DNA of 64,000 nucleotides from a bacterium (GCA_963660905.1 CAVKZJ010000003.1:42160-106159); one strand, 5' to 3'. Shown: positions 16,722-26,945, counted from the first letter of the stretch. Notes: generated by a model from the sequence alone, not told the origin. Program-made: numbers and translations.

Positions 16722-19680
16722 AAAGTCTGCCGTTTTGTCATCTCTGTTTCTTTCTTTTTCCATCCTCCTTCTTTTTGTGTTTCTGATTTTTAATGAGAAC
16801 CAAGATAGTGTCAACAATTTTCTGCATATCACCACCTCGAAGGTGGTCAATGAGGATGATGCCTCTTCTGCTCTTTATTATGAACCGGATATCGGAGATC
16901 ATTCTCTTTCTGATGAGAATTTCGATGAACTCGAAAGGCTCTGCCGAGAGGAAGGGATCGAGGAGGAAACGGAAGGCGCTGTTCTTCTGTACAATGAGAA
17001 CGAAGCCCTCCCTCTGAAAGAGAAAAAAAGGATTACGCTCTTAGGCCATGCGAGTGTCAATCCGGTCTATAAGGCAAGCTCTGCAGGAAACTATGTGACA
17101 GAAGAAAGACCGTATCGCATCGACTTGAAGATGGCTATGGAGAATAATGGCTTTCTTATCAATGAGGAAGTCTATCAGGCGTTGCAGAAAGGAACAGCAA
17201 AAAGAAGGACATTGCCGATACCATCCAATCCATCTATGCAAGGCTATTCCGCATCCTTGAGTGAGGAGCCTCTTTCGTTTTATCAGAAATTGGAGTCTTC
17301 TTTTGAAGGCTATAGGGATTGCTGCATCATCACGCTTTCTCGTGTCGGTTCAGAAGGAGTCGACCTGCTGATGGATGACGTGGATGATGATGGGGTGAGC
17401 ATTCTTTCCTCATTGGCTCTTCATCAGAATGAGGAGGCATTGCTTTCCTTTGCTCGGGAGAAGTTCTCCAAGGTGATTGTGCTTCTGAATTCTTCGAATC
17501 AGATGGAAATCGAGAAAATAAAAGAATATGCGGATGCTATCATGGCGATCGGCCAACCGGGTCTGACAGGCTTTCAGGGAGTGGCGGATCTTCTGTGCGG
17601 AAAGGCAAATCCAAGCGGAAAGCTTGTCGACACGTATGCGGTCAACTCCTTATCTTCCCCGGCTGTCGTCAATTCCGGAACGAGAACACCTTTCTTTGAA
17701 AACGTCTCTTCCATGGATAAGAACATGACCATCAAGGAAAAAGCTAAGCTAGTATCTTTTCAGGCGGAGAACATTTATGTCGGATATAAATATTATGAAA
17801 CGAGGTATGCGGATTGTATCCTCAACCGTTTTTCAGCAAAAAGCGATGTCGGATCATCTGATCATCAGGAATGGAATTATGCAAAAGAGATTTCCTATCC
17901 TTTTGGATATGGATTAAGCTATACGACCTTTGATCAGGAAATCATCGATTCCTCAGTATCGAAAAAGGAAATCACCCTGAAAGTCCGCGTTCGGAATACA
18001 GGATCCGTTTCTGGGAAGGATGTTGTCCAGGTGTATGCCTCAACGCCCTATGGGGAATATGAAAAGGATAATGACGTCGAGAAAAGTGCCATCGTCCTTG
18101 TCGGATTCTCAAAGACAAAGGAACTTTTGCCGAATGAGGAAGAGATCCTGATGATTTCGATTGATCCTTATTTCCTTTCAAGCTACGACGCTTATCAAGC
18201 CAAGACCTATATTCTTTCTGAAGGATATTATTTCCTTTCCATCGGAAAGGATTGCCATGATGCTCTCAATCAGATTCTATCCTTTCAGAATCGGGAAGGC
18301 CTTTTTGATGAGGAAGGAAAGGGATACACTAGTGTAAAACGAAATGTTGTCTCATTTTCATGGAATTTTGATAAAGAAACATTTTCTATAAGCAATGGAA
18401 AAAAGGTGACCAATCTCTTTTCTGATTGTGATATTCATTCCTATAAGGACAAAAAGGAATACACCTATCTCTCTCGAAAGGATTATCAAAACACATATCC
18501 TGTTTCCCAGACAAGTGTTTCTGTCAATGATGAAATGATGGATTCTCTTCGAGGTGAATTCTATCAGGCGAATTCTTCCTTTGATGTTCTTCCTGAATCT
18601 CAGAATGAAAATATCCCGTTGATTGCTCTGAAGGGAGTTCCTCTTGATGATCCATTATGGGAAAAGTTTATCAATCAGGCGAGTTTAGATGATTTAGCCC
18701 TGACGACAGCGGAATCCTTCACTTGTCCGAGCATCGCATCACTTTCACAGCCTGAGGTTTATACAGGGGATGGCATGGATTCATTGGGAAGGACCTATTT
18801 TTATCAGGATGGGTCGAAGATGGAAACAATGACTTTTCCATGCAAGAACATTCTCACATCGACATGGAACGAATCTCTTTATGAGAAAAGAGGAAATCTC
18901 ATGGGAAACGAATCCCTGTTTACGAAATCCTTTGAGAATTATTGCATCGGGCCGAACCTTCATCGGACTCCTTTCGGTGGAAGAAATTTCGAATATATGT
19001 CTGAAGATAGCCATATGACTTATTTGGCCAGCATCAAAGAAATTCAGGCGATGGAGAAACTAGGCGTTCATGCGGCACCGAAGCATTTTGCCGGCAATGA
19101 TCAGGAGACAGGAAGAGAAGGAGTGAGCGTCTTCTTCAATGAACAGGCTTTCCGAGAAAATGATCTGCGTGCTTTCGAAGGAGCCGTCAAGAAGGGAAAA
19201 TGTCAAGGCATCATGCAGAGTTTTGAGAGAATCGGACTGACTTTTGCATCCTCCTCGTATGCTCTCAACACGTCTCTTTTAAGAGAAGAATGGGGATTTC
19301 AAGGCAATATCGTGACAGATGCCACGTATGGAGCGACCAGCGGATATAAAGGACATGTCAGAGAGATTCTCTCAAGCGGAACCAATCAGTTCTGCTTGGA
19401 TGGCAATGCCATAGCCGGGAAAAGAATCGTGAAATATATAAAGGAAGAAAATGACCTTGCATTATATCATCTTCTTCTTGAATCGGCGAAGAATTGGGAA
19501 TATCAGATTGTCAATTCCTGTGCAATGAATGGAATTGCCAAGACATCCAAAATCGTAAAAATCGTACCCTATTGGTTCATTCTTTTCATTTCGCTGATTG
19601 CTTTCTTCATGTTGCTTTCCTTGTTCTTCTTCGCATGGTTCATATGGAAAAACAAAAAGCTGGCAAAACGCCAGCTTTGA
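16711..19680 (+). CDS. membrane-anchored glycoside hydrolase family 3 (domain-permuted) paralog 3, N-terminal and C-terminal TM helices
   Basis: 989 aa; motifs YPFGYGLSYTTF, KHFAGNDQETGRE and NIVTDATYG; N-terminal TM SAVLSSLFLSFSILLLFVFLIF; C-terminal TM helix followed by KNKKLAKRQL; more AT-rich than paralogs 1 and 2. Confidence 0.8.
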   Translation: MKNKKSAVLSSLFLSFSILLLFVFLIFNENQDSVNNFLHITTSKVVNEDDASSALYYEPDIGDHSLSDENFDELERLCREEGIEEETEGAVLLYNENEALPLKEKKRITLLGHASVNPVYKASSAGNYVTEERPYRIDLKMAMENNGFLINEEVYQALQKGTAKRRTLPIPSNPSMQGYSASLSEEPLSFYQKLESSFEGYRDCCIITLSRVGSEGVDLLMDDVDDDGVSILSSLALHQNEEALLSFAREKFSKVIVLLNSSNQMEIEKIKEYADAIMAIGQPGLTGFQGVADLLCGKANPSGKLVDTYAVNSLSSPAVVNSGTRTPFFENVSSMDKNMTIKEKAKLVSFQAENIYVGYKYYETRYADCILNRFSAKSDVGSSDHQEWNYAKEISYPFGYGLSYTTFDQEIIDSSVSKKEITLKVRVRNTGSVSGKDVVQVYASTPYGEYEKDNDVEKSAIVLVGFSKTKELLPNEEEILMISIDPYFLSSYDAYQAKTYILSEGYYFLSIGKDCHDALNQILSFQNREGLFDEEGKGYTSVKRNVVSFSWNFDKETFSISNGKKVTNLFSDCDIHSYKDKKEYTYLSRKDYQNTYPVSQTSVSVNDEMMDSLRGEFYQANSSFDVLPESQNENIPLIALKGVPLDDPLWEKFINQASLDDLALTTAESFTCPSIASLSQPEVYTGDGMDSLGRTYFYQDGSKMETMTFPCKNILTSTWNESLYEKRGNLMGNESLFTKSFENYCIGPNLHRTPFGGRNFEYMSEDSHMTYLASIKEIQAMEKLGVHAAPKHFAGNDQETGREGVSVFFNEQAFRENDLRAFEGAVKKGKCQGIMQSFERIGLTFASSSYALNTSLLREEWGFQGNIVTDATYGATSGYKGHVREILSSGTNQFCLDGNAIAGKRIVKYIKEENDLALYHLLLESAKNWEYQIVNSCAMNGIAKTSKIVKIVPYWFILFISLIAFFMLLSLFFFAWFIWKNKKLAKRQL

Positions 19681-19688
19681 GCATGATT

Positions 19689-20606
19689 TTACTTCGCCTT
19701 GTAGAAATATCTTAGTAGGCTTTTGAAATATTCGTCAATCGGTGCATAGAATGTCATTCTCTTCAGGGTTCCTGGATGGATCAGAGATAAGGAATAGGCA
19801 TGGAGAGCCTGACCTTTTGATGCGACATCCTCTCTTCTTTTTCCGTAAAGAGGATCGCCGACAATGGGATATCCGATATAGGCAAGATGGGCTCTGATCT
19901 GATGGGTTCTTCCGGTTTCGAGTGTCACTTTCAGAAGGGAGACCTTGCCATTGTTGGCTAAAAGCTGACAATGGGTGATGGCATCTCTTCCCTTGTAGAT
20001 GTCGACTTCGGCTTTTCTGTGCGTATGGTTCGGTCTTGTCAGGGGAGCATCGATGCGGAATTTCTTGTGTTCCACATTTCCATAGACCAAAGCGAGATAG
20101 GTGCGATGGAACTCGCCTTCGCGAATTTCGTTCTGAAGAATGGTCTGGGATTCGATGTTGTTGGCAATGGCAAGCAGTCCAGAGGTGTCCTTATCGATTC
20201 TATGGACGATGCCAGGTCGGTTGTTTTCCTCGTCGTTGGGATCGAATTCGAATTTATCGTCCTGCATGAGATAGTTGACCAGGGTGTCATCATTGTGCCC
20301 GGGTGCTGGATGGACGACCATACCGCGCGGTTTGTTGAGAATGGAGATGTCCTCATCCTGATAGACGAAATCGAGATCGATTTTTTCCTTTGCCACTGCG
20401 ACGGCCGGCTTCTTTTCTTCGAGGACATAGGAGATTTCCTGATCCGGGGCCACTTTATAGGAAGCGGAGGAAACCATTTTCCCGTCGACAAAGACATTTT
20501 CTGATTTGATGAGCTTGCTCACTTGGGAGCGGGATAGCCCGCTAAGAGAAGAAAGGACGATATCGAGTCGTCCCTGAATATCACTTTTGAATGTTTTTGT
20601 TTCCAT
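19689..20606 (-). CDS. rluD: 23S rRNA pseudouridine synthase, RluA/RluD family
   Basis: S4 domain at the N-terminus, HRIDKDTSGLL catalytic motif, RTHQIRAH motif; AAGGAGA RBS; conserved lspA-rluD adjacency. Confidence 0.9.
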   Translation of the reverse strand: METKTFKSDIQGRLDIVLSSLSGLSRSQVSKLIKSENVFVDGKMVSSASYKVAPDQEISYVLEEKKPAVAVAKEKIDLDFVYQDEDISILNKPRGMVVHPAPGHNDDTLVNYLMQDDKFEFDPNDEENNRPGIVHRIDKDTSGLLAIANNIESQTILQNEIREGEFHRTYLALVYGNVEHKKFRIDAPLTRPNHTHRKAEVDIYKGRDAITHCQLLANNGKVSLLKVTLETGRTHQIRAHLAYIGYPIVGDPLYGKRREDVASKGQALHAYSLSLIHPGTLKRMTFYAPIDEYFKSLLRYFYKAK

Positions 20607-21330
20607 CGGTGTTCTCCTTCATGAGGGATTCGCTTTCCTTCTTTTCCAATTCGGAAAGCTTGCTGGCCATGTCTTCCTTTTCCTGTTCGGCTTCCGGGGA
20701 ATTCTTTTCCTGCTTTTCTCTTTCTTCCTCTTCCTTCATCTGTTTGTATTCTTTCTTGAATTCGAAGAAGAAGCCAATCAAGAGGACGACGATTCCGACG
20801 GTCAGACAATAGTCGGCGATGTTGCAGATGGCAAAGGATTTCCAGAAGGAAAACTGAAGGAAATCAATCACGCCCTTGTCATAAGGGACAGCCTTGCAGG
20901 CAAATCCGATGCGGTCAATGAGATTTCCGACCGCACCAGGCAGCATCAATGTGATGCCGATTGTCATGCCCCAGTTGTATTTGCGAAAACGAAACACGAG
21001 ATTGACGCTGAGCATGATGGAGGCAATCATGCTGACGGGAATCAAGAACCAAGACCATCCGGACATGCTTCCAAAGGCAGCGCCTTTATTGCCGACGAGA
21101 TTGAGATCGATAAGTCCGGGAATGAGGGTGATGATCTCTCCTGCTTGGAGACGGGGGTCGTTATATGCGGCACGCTTGGTGAAATAATCAAGAAGGAAAA
21201 GTCCGATTGAAATCAGAATCATCAGTATCCATAAAGGGTAGTTCAGATTTCTGAAGTAATCATGGAAATAGTTCTTCAGTCTGTTAGGAAGTTCCTTGAT
21301 GAACTTCTTTGCTTTGTTGTTATTCTCCAT
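20581..21330 (-). CDS. lspA: lipoprotein signal peptidase II with N-terminal and Glu/Lys-rich C-terminal extensions
   Basis: LVGNKGAAFG and AVGNLIDR signature motifs; overlaps the rluD start by 26 nt; 3 nt downstream of ileS; the start could alternatively be the internal MILISIG. Confidence 0.85.
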   Translation of the reverse strand: MENNNKAKKFIKELPNRLKNYFHDYFRNLNYPLWILMILISIGLFLLDYFTKRAAYNDPRLQAGEIITLIPGLIDLNLVGNKGAAFGSMSGWSWFLIPVSMIASIMLSVNLVFRFRKYNWGMTIGITLMLPGAVGNLIDRIGFACKAVPYDKGVIDFLQFSFWKSFAICNIADYCLTVGIVVLLIGFFFEFKKEYKQMKEEEEREKQEKNSPEAEQEKEDMASKLSELEKKESESLMKENTDGNKNIQK

Positions 21331-21333
21331 AGA

Positions 21334-24075
21334 TCAGTCTTTGTTTTCTTTCTTCAGAGATGAAATGACATCGAAGCAGCGCTGGCAGACATGATGATTT
21401 TCATCATCGAGAAGACATTCATCGAAGTAGTTCCAGCAGCGTTCGCATTTTTCGCCTTCATGCTTGATGACATTGTCCTTTTCGCCCAGGACGAAATGGG
21501 AAACCTGAAGAATCTTCGCCAATTCATCGAAGGAGAATTTCTTGATGACTTCATTTTCTTCCTTGGATTTCGGAAGATAAGTGACGCTGGCTTCCTGGGA
21601 TGAACCGATGACACCATCTTTTCGATAGGGTTCCATCACGGCGTTGACATGGTCTCTCAGCAAGAGGAAATGTTCATATTCCTTTGAGAGAGTCTCATCG
21701 ATTGCACCGAGGTCTGGATAGGACTCCAAGGCAACAGAATTCTTTCTTTCTTCGATCGGGATGGCACGATAGATTTCTTCACATGTGAAGGAAAGAATCG
21801 GAGAATAGGCAATCGCCAAGGATTTGATGATCGTGTATAGGACATATTGGGTATTTCTTCGGCTTGCCGAATCTTTTCCATCACAATAGAGGGTATCCTT
21901 CTTGAAGTCGAGATAGAAACTTGAAAGGTCATTGACGAAGAAATTCATGACAGTGTTGCTGACCAAGGAGAAATCATAGGTGTCGTATCCCTTCTTCATA
22001 TCCGCAAGGACGACTTTCAGCTTGTTGATCATCATCTGATCAACCAAGGAAAGATTATTTGGCTTATAGGTGATGTCGAAATGGTTTCCATTTTCATCAT
22101 CATCCAAATTCGTGATCATGAATTTGAAGGTGTTGCGAATCTTTCGATACTGATCCGAGCAGACCTTGAGAAGCTCCTGGGTCAATTTGATTTCGGCCGT
22201 CGTATAGTCGATGCTTGTTGTCCATAAGCGGAGAATGTCCGCGCCGAACTGATTGCAGATCGTAACTGGGTCGATACCGTTTTTCTTTGACTTGGAGAAT
22301 TTCTCACCATTCTGATCGACGATGAAGCCATGGGTGAGAATCTGCTTGTATGGAGATTTTCCGGTATAGGCAACAGAAAGAATCATCGAGGAATTGTACC
22401 ATCCACGGTATTGATCATTTCCTTCGAAATAGACATCAGCCGGGAAGGGGTGATTCAATGCGATATCCGAACCAAGGAAGGAGGAACCGGAATCAAACCA
22501 GACATCCATGATGTCCTTTTCCTTTGTGAAGAGCCCATTGGGGGAGTGTGGATTTGTATATCCTTCCGGAAGAAGATCTTTTGCTTCCTTTTCATACCAG
22601 ATATCGGAACCATATTCTGAGAAGAGCTTTTCGATGTGCTCGAAGAGGGCTTTGTCAAGAAGAGCTTCGCCATCCTCGCCATAGAAAATCGGAATCGGAA
22701 CACCCCAGAGTCTTTGTCTGGAGATGCACCAGTCTTCTCTTCCGGTGAGCATGTTTTCGAAACGGACTTTGCCCCAGGAAGGCTTGTATTTGACTTTTTC
22801 GGCTTCTTCGAGAAGCTTATTCTTGATCTTTCCGACGGAGCAGAACCACTGCGCTGTGGCGCGGAAGATGACCGGCTTCTTTGTTCTCCAGTCATGCGGA
22901 TAGGCATGGATTAGTTCCTTTGTGGATAAAAGGTTTCCGTTTCCTTTGAGAATCTCGATGACCTTTGTGGAGCAGTCTTCATAGAAAAGACCATTGACTT
23001 CCTCGCCGGCATCGATCATATGTCCCTTGGAATCGACTGTGCAGATGATGGGAAGCCCATATTTCTTTCCGACGCGATAGTCGTCAGCACCATGTCCAGG
23101 ACCAAGATGGACAATGCCTGTACCGGAATCGGAGGTGACATAATCATCCACGCAGACTGGAACAAGTCTGTCTTGGTAAGGATGATGAACCTTGACGCCT
23201 TCGACTTCTCTTCCTGTGAAGGACTTGAGAAGTTCCATCGATTCGAAAGGAATCTCTTCCTTCATTTTCTCAGCCAAGCTCTTGAGCATAACAAAATTGC
23301 CTTTTTCGGTATGGAAAAGACCATATTCCATGGAAGGGTTCAGGCAGAGACCTTGGTTGGACGGAATCGTCCACCCGGTGGTTGTCCAGACAAGGAAGCA
23401 GTCACCCTTGCCGACGAATTCATTTCCTTCTTCGACGGGGAAGCGGAAATAGATGGTAGTGGCAGAGACATCCTTGTATTCGACCTCGGCTTCCGCCAAG
23501 GCGGATTCGCTTGACCAAGACCAGATGACAGGCTTCAATCCCTTGTAGATGAGACCATCCATCGCCATTTTGGCGAAAATCCTGACCTGATTGACTTCAT
23601 AGTCTCTGTCCAAGGTGAGATAGGGGTGATGATAGTCGCCGATCACACCCAAGCGGAGCATCTGACCTCTTTGCTTATCGACTTGGGTCAATGCGTATTC
23701 GCGGCATTTCTTTCTGAAGTCGGCAGGAGCAGTCGTTCTTCTGTCGATTCCCATTTTGGTTACGCAATTCTCGATCGGAAGACCATGGGTATCCCATCCT
23801 GGGGTATATGGAACGTAGTATCCTTCAAGATTCTTGGAACGTAAGATGATGTCCTTGATGATCTTATTCAGGGCATGTCCTGCATGAATTTCATTATTTG
23901 CATATGGAGGGCCATCATGAAGATAGAAGGGATCCTTATTCATGTGAGCCTGCAGAAGCTGCTCATAAAGATTCGCGCTATCCCATCCCTTTGCCATATC
24001 ACCTTCCCAGGAAGGAAGATTGGCGCGCATCGGGAATTTTCCTTTCGGCATAATCAATGTTTTCTTTAATTCCAT
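21334..24075 (-). CDS. ileS: isoleucyl-tRNA synthetase
   Basis: 913 aa; HAGH (HIGH-class) motif, KFSKSK (KMSKS) motif, C-terminal CxxC...CxxC zinc finger; GGAGG RBS. Confidence 0.95.
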   Translation of the reverse strand: MELKKTLIMPKGKFPMRANLPSWEGDMAKGWDSANLYEQLLQAHMNKDPFYLHDGPPYANNEIHAGHALNKIIKDIILRSKNLEGYYVPYTPGWDTHGLPIENCVTKMGIDRRTTAPADFRKKCREYALTQVDKQRGQMLRLGVIGDYHHPYLTLDRDYEVNQVRIFAKMAMDGLIYKGLKPVIWSWSSESALAEAEVEYKDVSATTIYFRFPVEEGNEFVGKGDCFLVWTTTGWTIPSNQGLCLNPSMEYGLFHTEKGNFVMLKSLAEKMKEEIPFESMELLKSFTGREVEGVKVHHPYQDRLVPVCVDDYVTSDSGTGIVHLGPGHGADDYRVGKKYGLPIICTVDSKGHMIDAGEEVNGLFYEDCSTKVIEILKGNGNLLSTKELIHAYPHDWRTKKPVIFRATAQWFCSVGKIKNKLLEEAEKVKYKPSWGKVRFENMLTGREDWCISRQRLWGVPIPIFYGEDGEALLDKALFEHIEKLFSEYGSDIWYEKEAKDLLPEGYTNPHSPNGLFTKEKDIMDVWFDSGSSFLGSDIALNHPFPADVYFEGNDQYRGWYNSSMILSVAYTGKSPYKQILTHGFIVDQNGEKFSKSKKNGIDPVTICNQFGADILRLWTTSIDYTTAEIKLTQELLKVCSDQYRKIRNTFKFMITNLDDDENGNHFDITYKPNNLSLVDQMMINKLKVVLADMKKGYDTYDFSLVSNTVMNFFVNDLSSFYLDFKKDTLYCDGKDSASRRNTQYVLYTIIKSLAIAYSPILSFTCEEIYRAIPIEERKNSVALESYPDLGAIDETLSKEYEHFLLLRDHVNAVMEPYRKDGVIGSSQEASVTYLPKSKEENEVIKKFSFDELAKILQVSHFVLGEKDNVIKHEGEKCERCWNYFDECLLDDENHHVCQRCFDVISSLKKENKD

Positions 24076-24528
24076 ATAAAAGCCTCCAAAAAAGAAATGT
24101 TATTAAAACTTTAGTATTATATACTAACTGCTCGTGTAGAGCAACGAACAAGAAGGAGTCACAGACTGAAAATCAACCTTTTGCCGACAATTTTCAAGAG
24201 GAGATGAAAGTCATCTGGCTTAGGCTGAGAAGGAACGGATAGAAAATGACTTATCGAGCTATAGGGAAATGAACGCGAAAGGCATTTTAGAAAACTTCCC
24301 TTTCATCTGATTTTTCAATGTGCTTTTTCGTGGAATCGATTCATTTCTATTCGCATGCCAATCGATCATTATTATGATAACTTTGTATTGATAATATAAA
24401 TTGCTTTCCGATTTTATGAAAAATAAATCTATATTTTCCTCTAAAAGATAGTTTTATAGGAATAAATATAATTTTGATTCCGTTGCCCCATATTGATCAC
24501 GGGATGATTTTAAAGCCAGGATTCATAA

Positions 24529-24567
24529 GAAAAGGACTGCCGAGCAAGAAAATGCTTTGGCAGTCCT
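24529..24567 (-). terminator. rho-independent terminator of the hydrolase/methyltransferase operon
   Basis: AGGACTGCC...GGCAGTCCT 9-bp stem with a T-run on the minus strand, directly downstream of the stop at 24589. Confidence 0.5.
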
Positions 24568-24588
24568 GATGAAATCCGATTCAGGAAT

Positions 24589-25527
24589 TTAGAATTCGTT
24601 CTCCTGCTGTGTCGAAAAATCGTCTCCGCTTGGATCGATCTGAGAGAAAATCTCTCCGAATGTCGGGATGACATATCCATCTTCATCCAACTTGACTTTT
24701 TCTTCATTCTCTTCTTTGTTAACAGGCTGAACGAATTGGACAGAATTCTCAAGATGGAAAGGCGTATCGAAGCAGAAATGGAATATATCCTCATAGACGA
24801 TCCCGTTTAAACGGACACTTTTGAGAATGCCGTGGGACATCTTTGGATAAAGGTAGGTTTCCTTTTCTCCTTTGATTTTCCTTGTGATCTTTCGTAAGGA
24901 ATGCTCGGTGCAGAGAATATCTTCCTTTCCCCGGATGAGAAGCGTCGGCTGTTCGACCTTCTTGAAATATTTTCGATTCTGAAGAATGGAAAAGAGAATG
25001 GCCAGCAAGAGTTTTGGAAGACCTTTGACAGTCTGTCTTCCGATGGCCTTGGAGACCTTTTTTCCATACTTCTTATTCAGTTTGTGGAATTTCCATGCGT
25101 ATTTGATATATCCGGAGATCATATGGTTGAGAATCGTATCATAGACAGGAGCCACAAGAATCACTCGGAGAATATCCTTCTGATATTTCCTGGCCATCTT
25201 GCAGATCAAGGCAGCCGAAAAGGAATAGCCCATGAGATAGATGTTGTATCCTTTTTGAATGTATTCCTGTATTTTCTTCTCGAGCTCATGCTCAAAGGAA
25301 AGATGGCGATGTGTTTTTGTTCTTGATGGCTCGAAGAGCTTCACAAGTGCGATTTCACATTCCGGGAAATCATTCTGAAAGGAATTGTTGAAGTATTCCT
25401 GCATGGGAAGAGAATCATGGGTATCGGTGGTTTGGAATCCGTTTGTACATAAAAGCACGGTCTTTCTTAGAGGCCGATAGACTTCGATCTTTGGATTTCT
25501 TTCTTTGATGACTTGAATGGCTTCCAT
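24589..25527 (-). CDS. alpha/beta-hydrolase fold protein
   Basis: Start trimmed to MEAIQVIKERN, which has an AGGAG RBS; LMGYSFSAA nucleophile-elbow-like motif; general alpha/beta-hydrolase architecture. Confidence 0.65.
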   Translation of the reverse strand: MEAIQVIKERNPKIEVYRPLRKTVLLCTNGFQTTDTHDSLPMQEYFNNSFQNDFPECEIALVKLFEPSRTKTHRHLSFEHELEKKIQEYIQKGYNIYLMGYSFSAALICKMARKYQKDILRVILVAPVYDTILNHMISGYIKYAWKFHKLNKKYGKKVSKAIGRQTVKGLPKLLLAILFSILQNRKYFKKVEQPTLLIRGKEDILCTEHSLRKITRKIKGEKETYLYPKMSHGILKSVRLNGIVYEDIFHFCFDTPFHLENSVQFVQPVNKEENEEKVKLDEDGYVIPTFGEIFSQIDPSGDDFSTQQENEF

Positions 25528-25540
25528 TCTTTTTTGACTC

Positions 25541-26263
25541 CTAGTTCTTCTTGAAACGATACATGAAGATTCCTGCTGCAACGCCGACGTTGAGGGAATC
25601 GATTCCACTCATTTCGATTTTGATTTTTTCTCCCAGAGAGAGATTCTTTGGATTGACGCCTCTCCCTTCATTTCCCATGACCAAGGCAAAAGGCAAGGGA
25701 AGGGAAGAGAATTTTCTTTCATCCTCACCATCCAAGGTGGTCAGATAGATGTGATATTCTTTTTCTTTTAGAAGAGAGAGATCGCCTCTGGCGACAGGTA
25801 GATGAAATATGGCTCCTTTTGTGGATTGGATGACTTTACTATTATACAATGAAACCGAGTCAGTTGAAAGCATGACCCCCGTATACTGGAAACTCAGAGC
25901 GGTGCGGATGATGGTTCCGACATTGCCGGGATCCTGCACACCATCAAGATAGATAACCCTTTCTCCGAGCATGGAGCAGTCGACCATATCGACATGAGCG
26001 ATGCCCATCGCCTTTGGCAAAGACTGATAAGAGGAGAGTTCTCGATACAATCCTTGCTTCAGTCCATAGATTGGAAGATTGATCATCGGCATCTTTGTTC
26101 CGTCAGGAACGATGACGGCGGTCAGTTTTCCTTCCTTGTAGGCTTCGTTGAGAAGGTCTTCTCCTTCAATCAGGAACAACCCGTTTTTTGGATCACCTTT
26201 TTTCAGTCGGACAAGGTCTTTATAGGTTTTGTTTTCTTTGCTCTCAATGACTTTAAATGACAT
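25541..26263 (-). CDS. SpoU/TrmH-family RNA 2'-O-methyltransferase
   Basis: Start trimmed to MSFKVIESKE, which has an AAGGAGAAA RBS; C-terminal SPOUT motifs (VMGNEGRGV, LNVGVAAGIFMYRF). Confidence 0.85.
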   Translation of the reverse strand: MSFKVIESKENKTYKDLVRLKKGDPKNGLFLIEGEDLLNEAYKEGKLTAVIVPDGTKMPMINLPIYGLKQGLYRELSSYQSLPKAMGIAHVDMVDCSMLGERVIYLDGVQDPGNVGTIIRTALSFQYTGVMLSTDSVSLYNSKVIQSTKGAIFHLPVARGDLSLLKEKEYHIYLTTLDGEDERKFSSLPLPFALVMGNEGRGVNPKNLSLGEKIKIEMSGIDSLNVGVAAGIFMYRFKKN

Positions 26264-26945
26264 AATCTTGGCTTTCTCCTTCAAATTCTCCGTTCTCAAT
26301 CTGACGATCGAGATAATCGTAGAGTGGGCAATATAATTTTACGATTGTGTAGAATCTTTCGTTATGATGGACTTCATAGGTATGGGCAATTTCATGGATG
26401 ATGACGCTGTCCATGACTTCCGGCTTGTAGGCAAAGAGTCGATAATCGAATTTGAACTGATGCTTCGTTGGAAAACAGACTGCATAGTAGGAAAGGAAGA
26501 GTCCTGTTCGGATAACATAGGAAGAAAGATCTTTTCCCATTTTCCTTCCGAGAAGATTCACTCTTTCTCTCAGATAGGCAAGAAAGAGTTTCTTGTATTT
26601 TGTCAATGGATCTTTCGTGTTGCTTGGAAGAAAGAAATAATTCGAATCATCCTTCTTGCTTGGATCATAGGTAAAATATCTTTTCTTTCCTAGCATATAG
26701 ATATAGACGTTTTCCTTCATGAATGGTCTATTCAGAATCTTGCCTTTGAACTTGTTATAGGCAGAGGAGACGAATTTATCCATGTCGGAAAAGGTCGTAT
26801 AGGTGGAAATGTAAATTTCCATTTCACCATAGACGGCACGGATGGAGATTCCGCGGTTGTTTGATTTCCGATAAATTTTAGCCACAAAAGAATTTCCGTC
26901 TGTCATATGATATTCTCTTTGGCCGATATAAGTGCGTTTATCCAT
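26253..26945 (-). CDS. YgjP-like (DUF45/WLM-type) zinc metallohydrolase
   Basis: HEIAHTYEVHHNERF matches the H-E-x-x-H...N-H-S-x-R-F signature of the YgjP family; the ORF's N-terminal extension translates the tRNA-Leu gene and was trimmed; start is uncertain. Confidence 0.7.
   Translation of the reverse strand: MDKRTYIGQREYHMTDGNSFVAKIYRKSNNRGISIRAVYGEMEIYISTYTTFSDMDKFVSSAYNKFKGKILNRPFMKENVYIYMLGKKRYFTYDPSKKDDSNYFFLPSNTKDPLTKYKKLFLAYLRERVNLLGRKMGKDLSSYVIRTGLFLSYYAVCFPTKHQFKFDYRLFAYKPEVMDSVIIHEIAHTYEVHHNERFYTIVKLYCPLYDYLDRQIENGEFEGESQDYVI

Noticed and set aside
24076-24588. Expected T-box riboswitch leader upstream of ileS
   Set aside because: No CCACCC / CGCGGT reverse-complement T-box core found on the plus strand in this interval; only a terminator for the upstream gene and AT-rich promoter-like sequence. 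Kept as an open question, not annotated as a riboswitch
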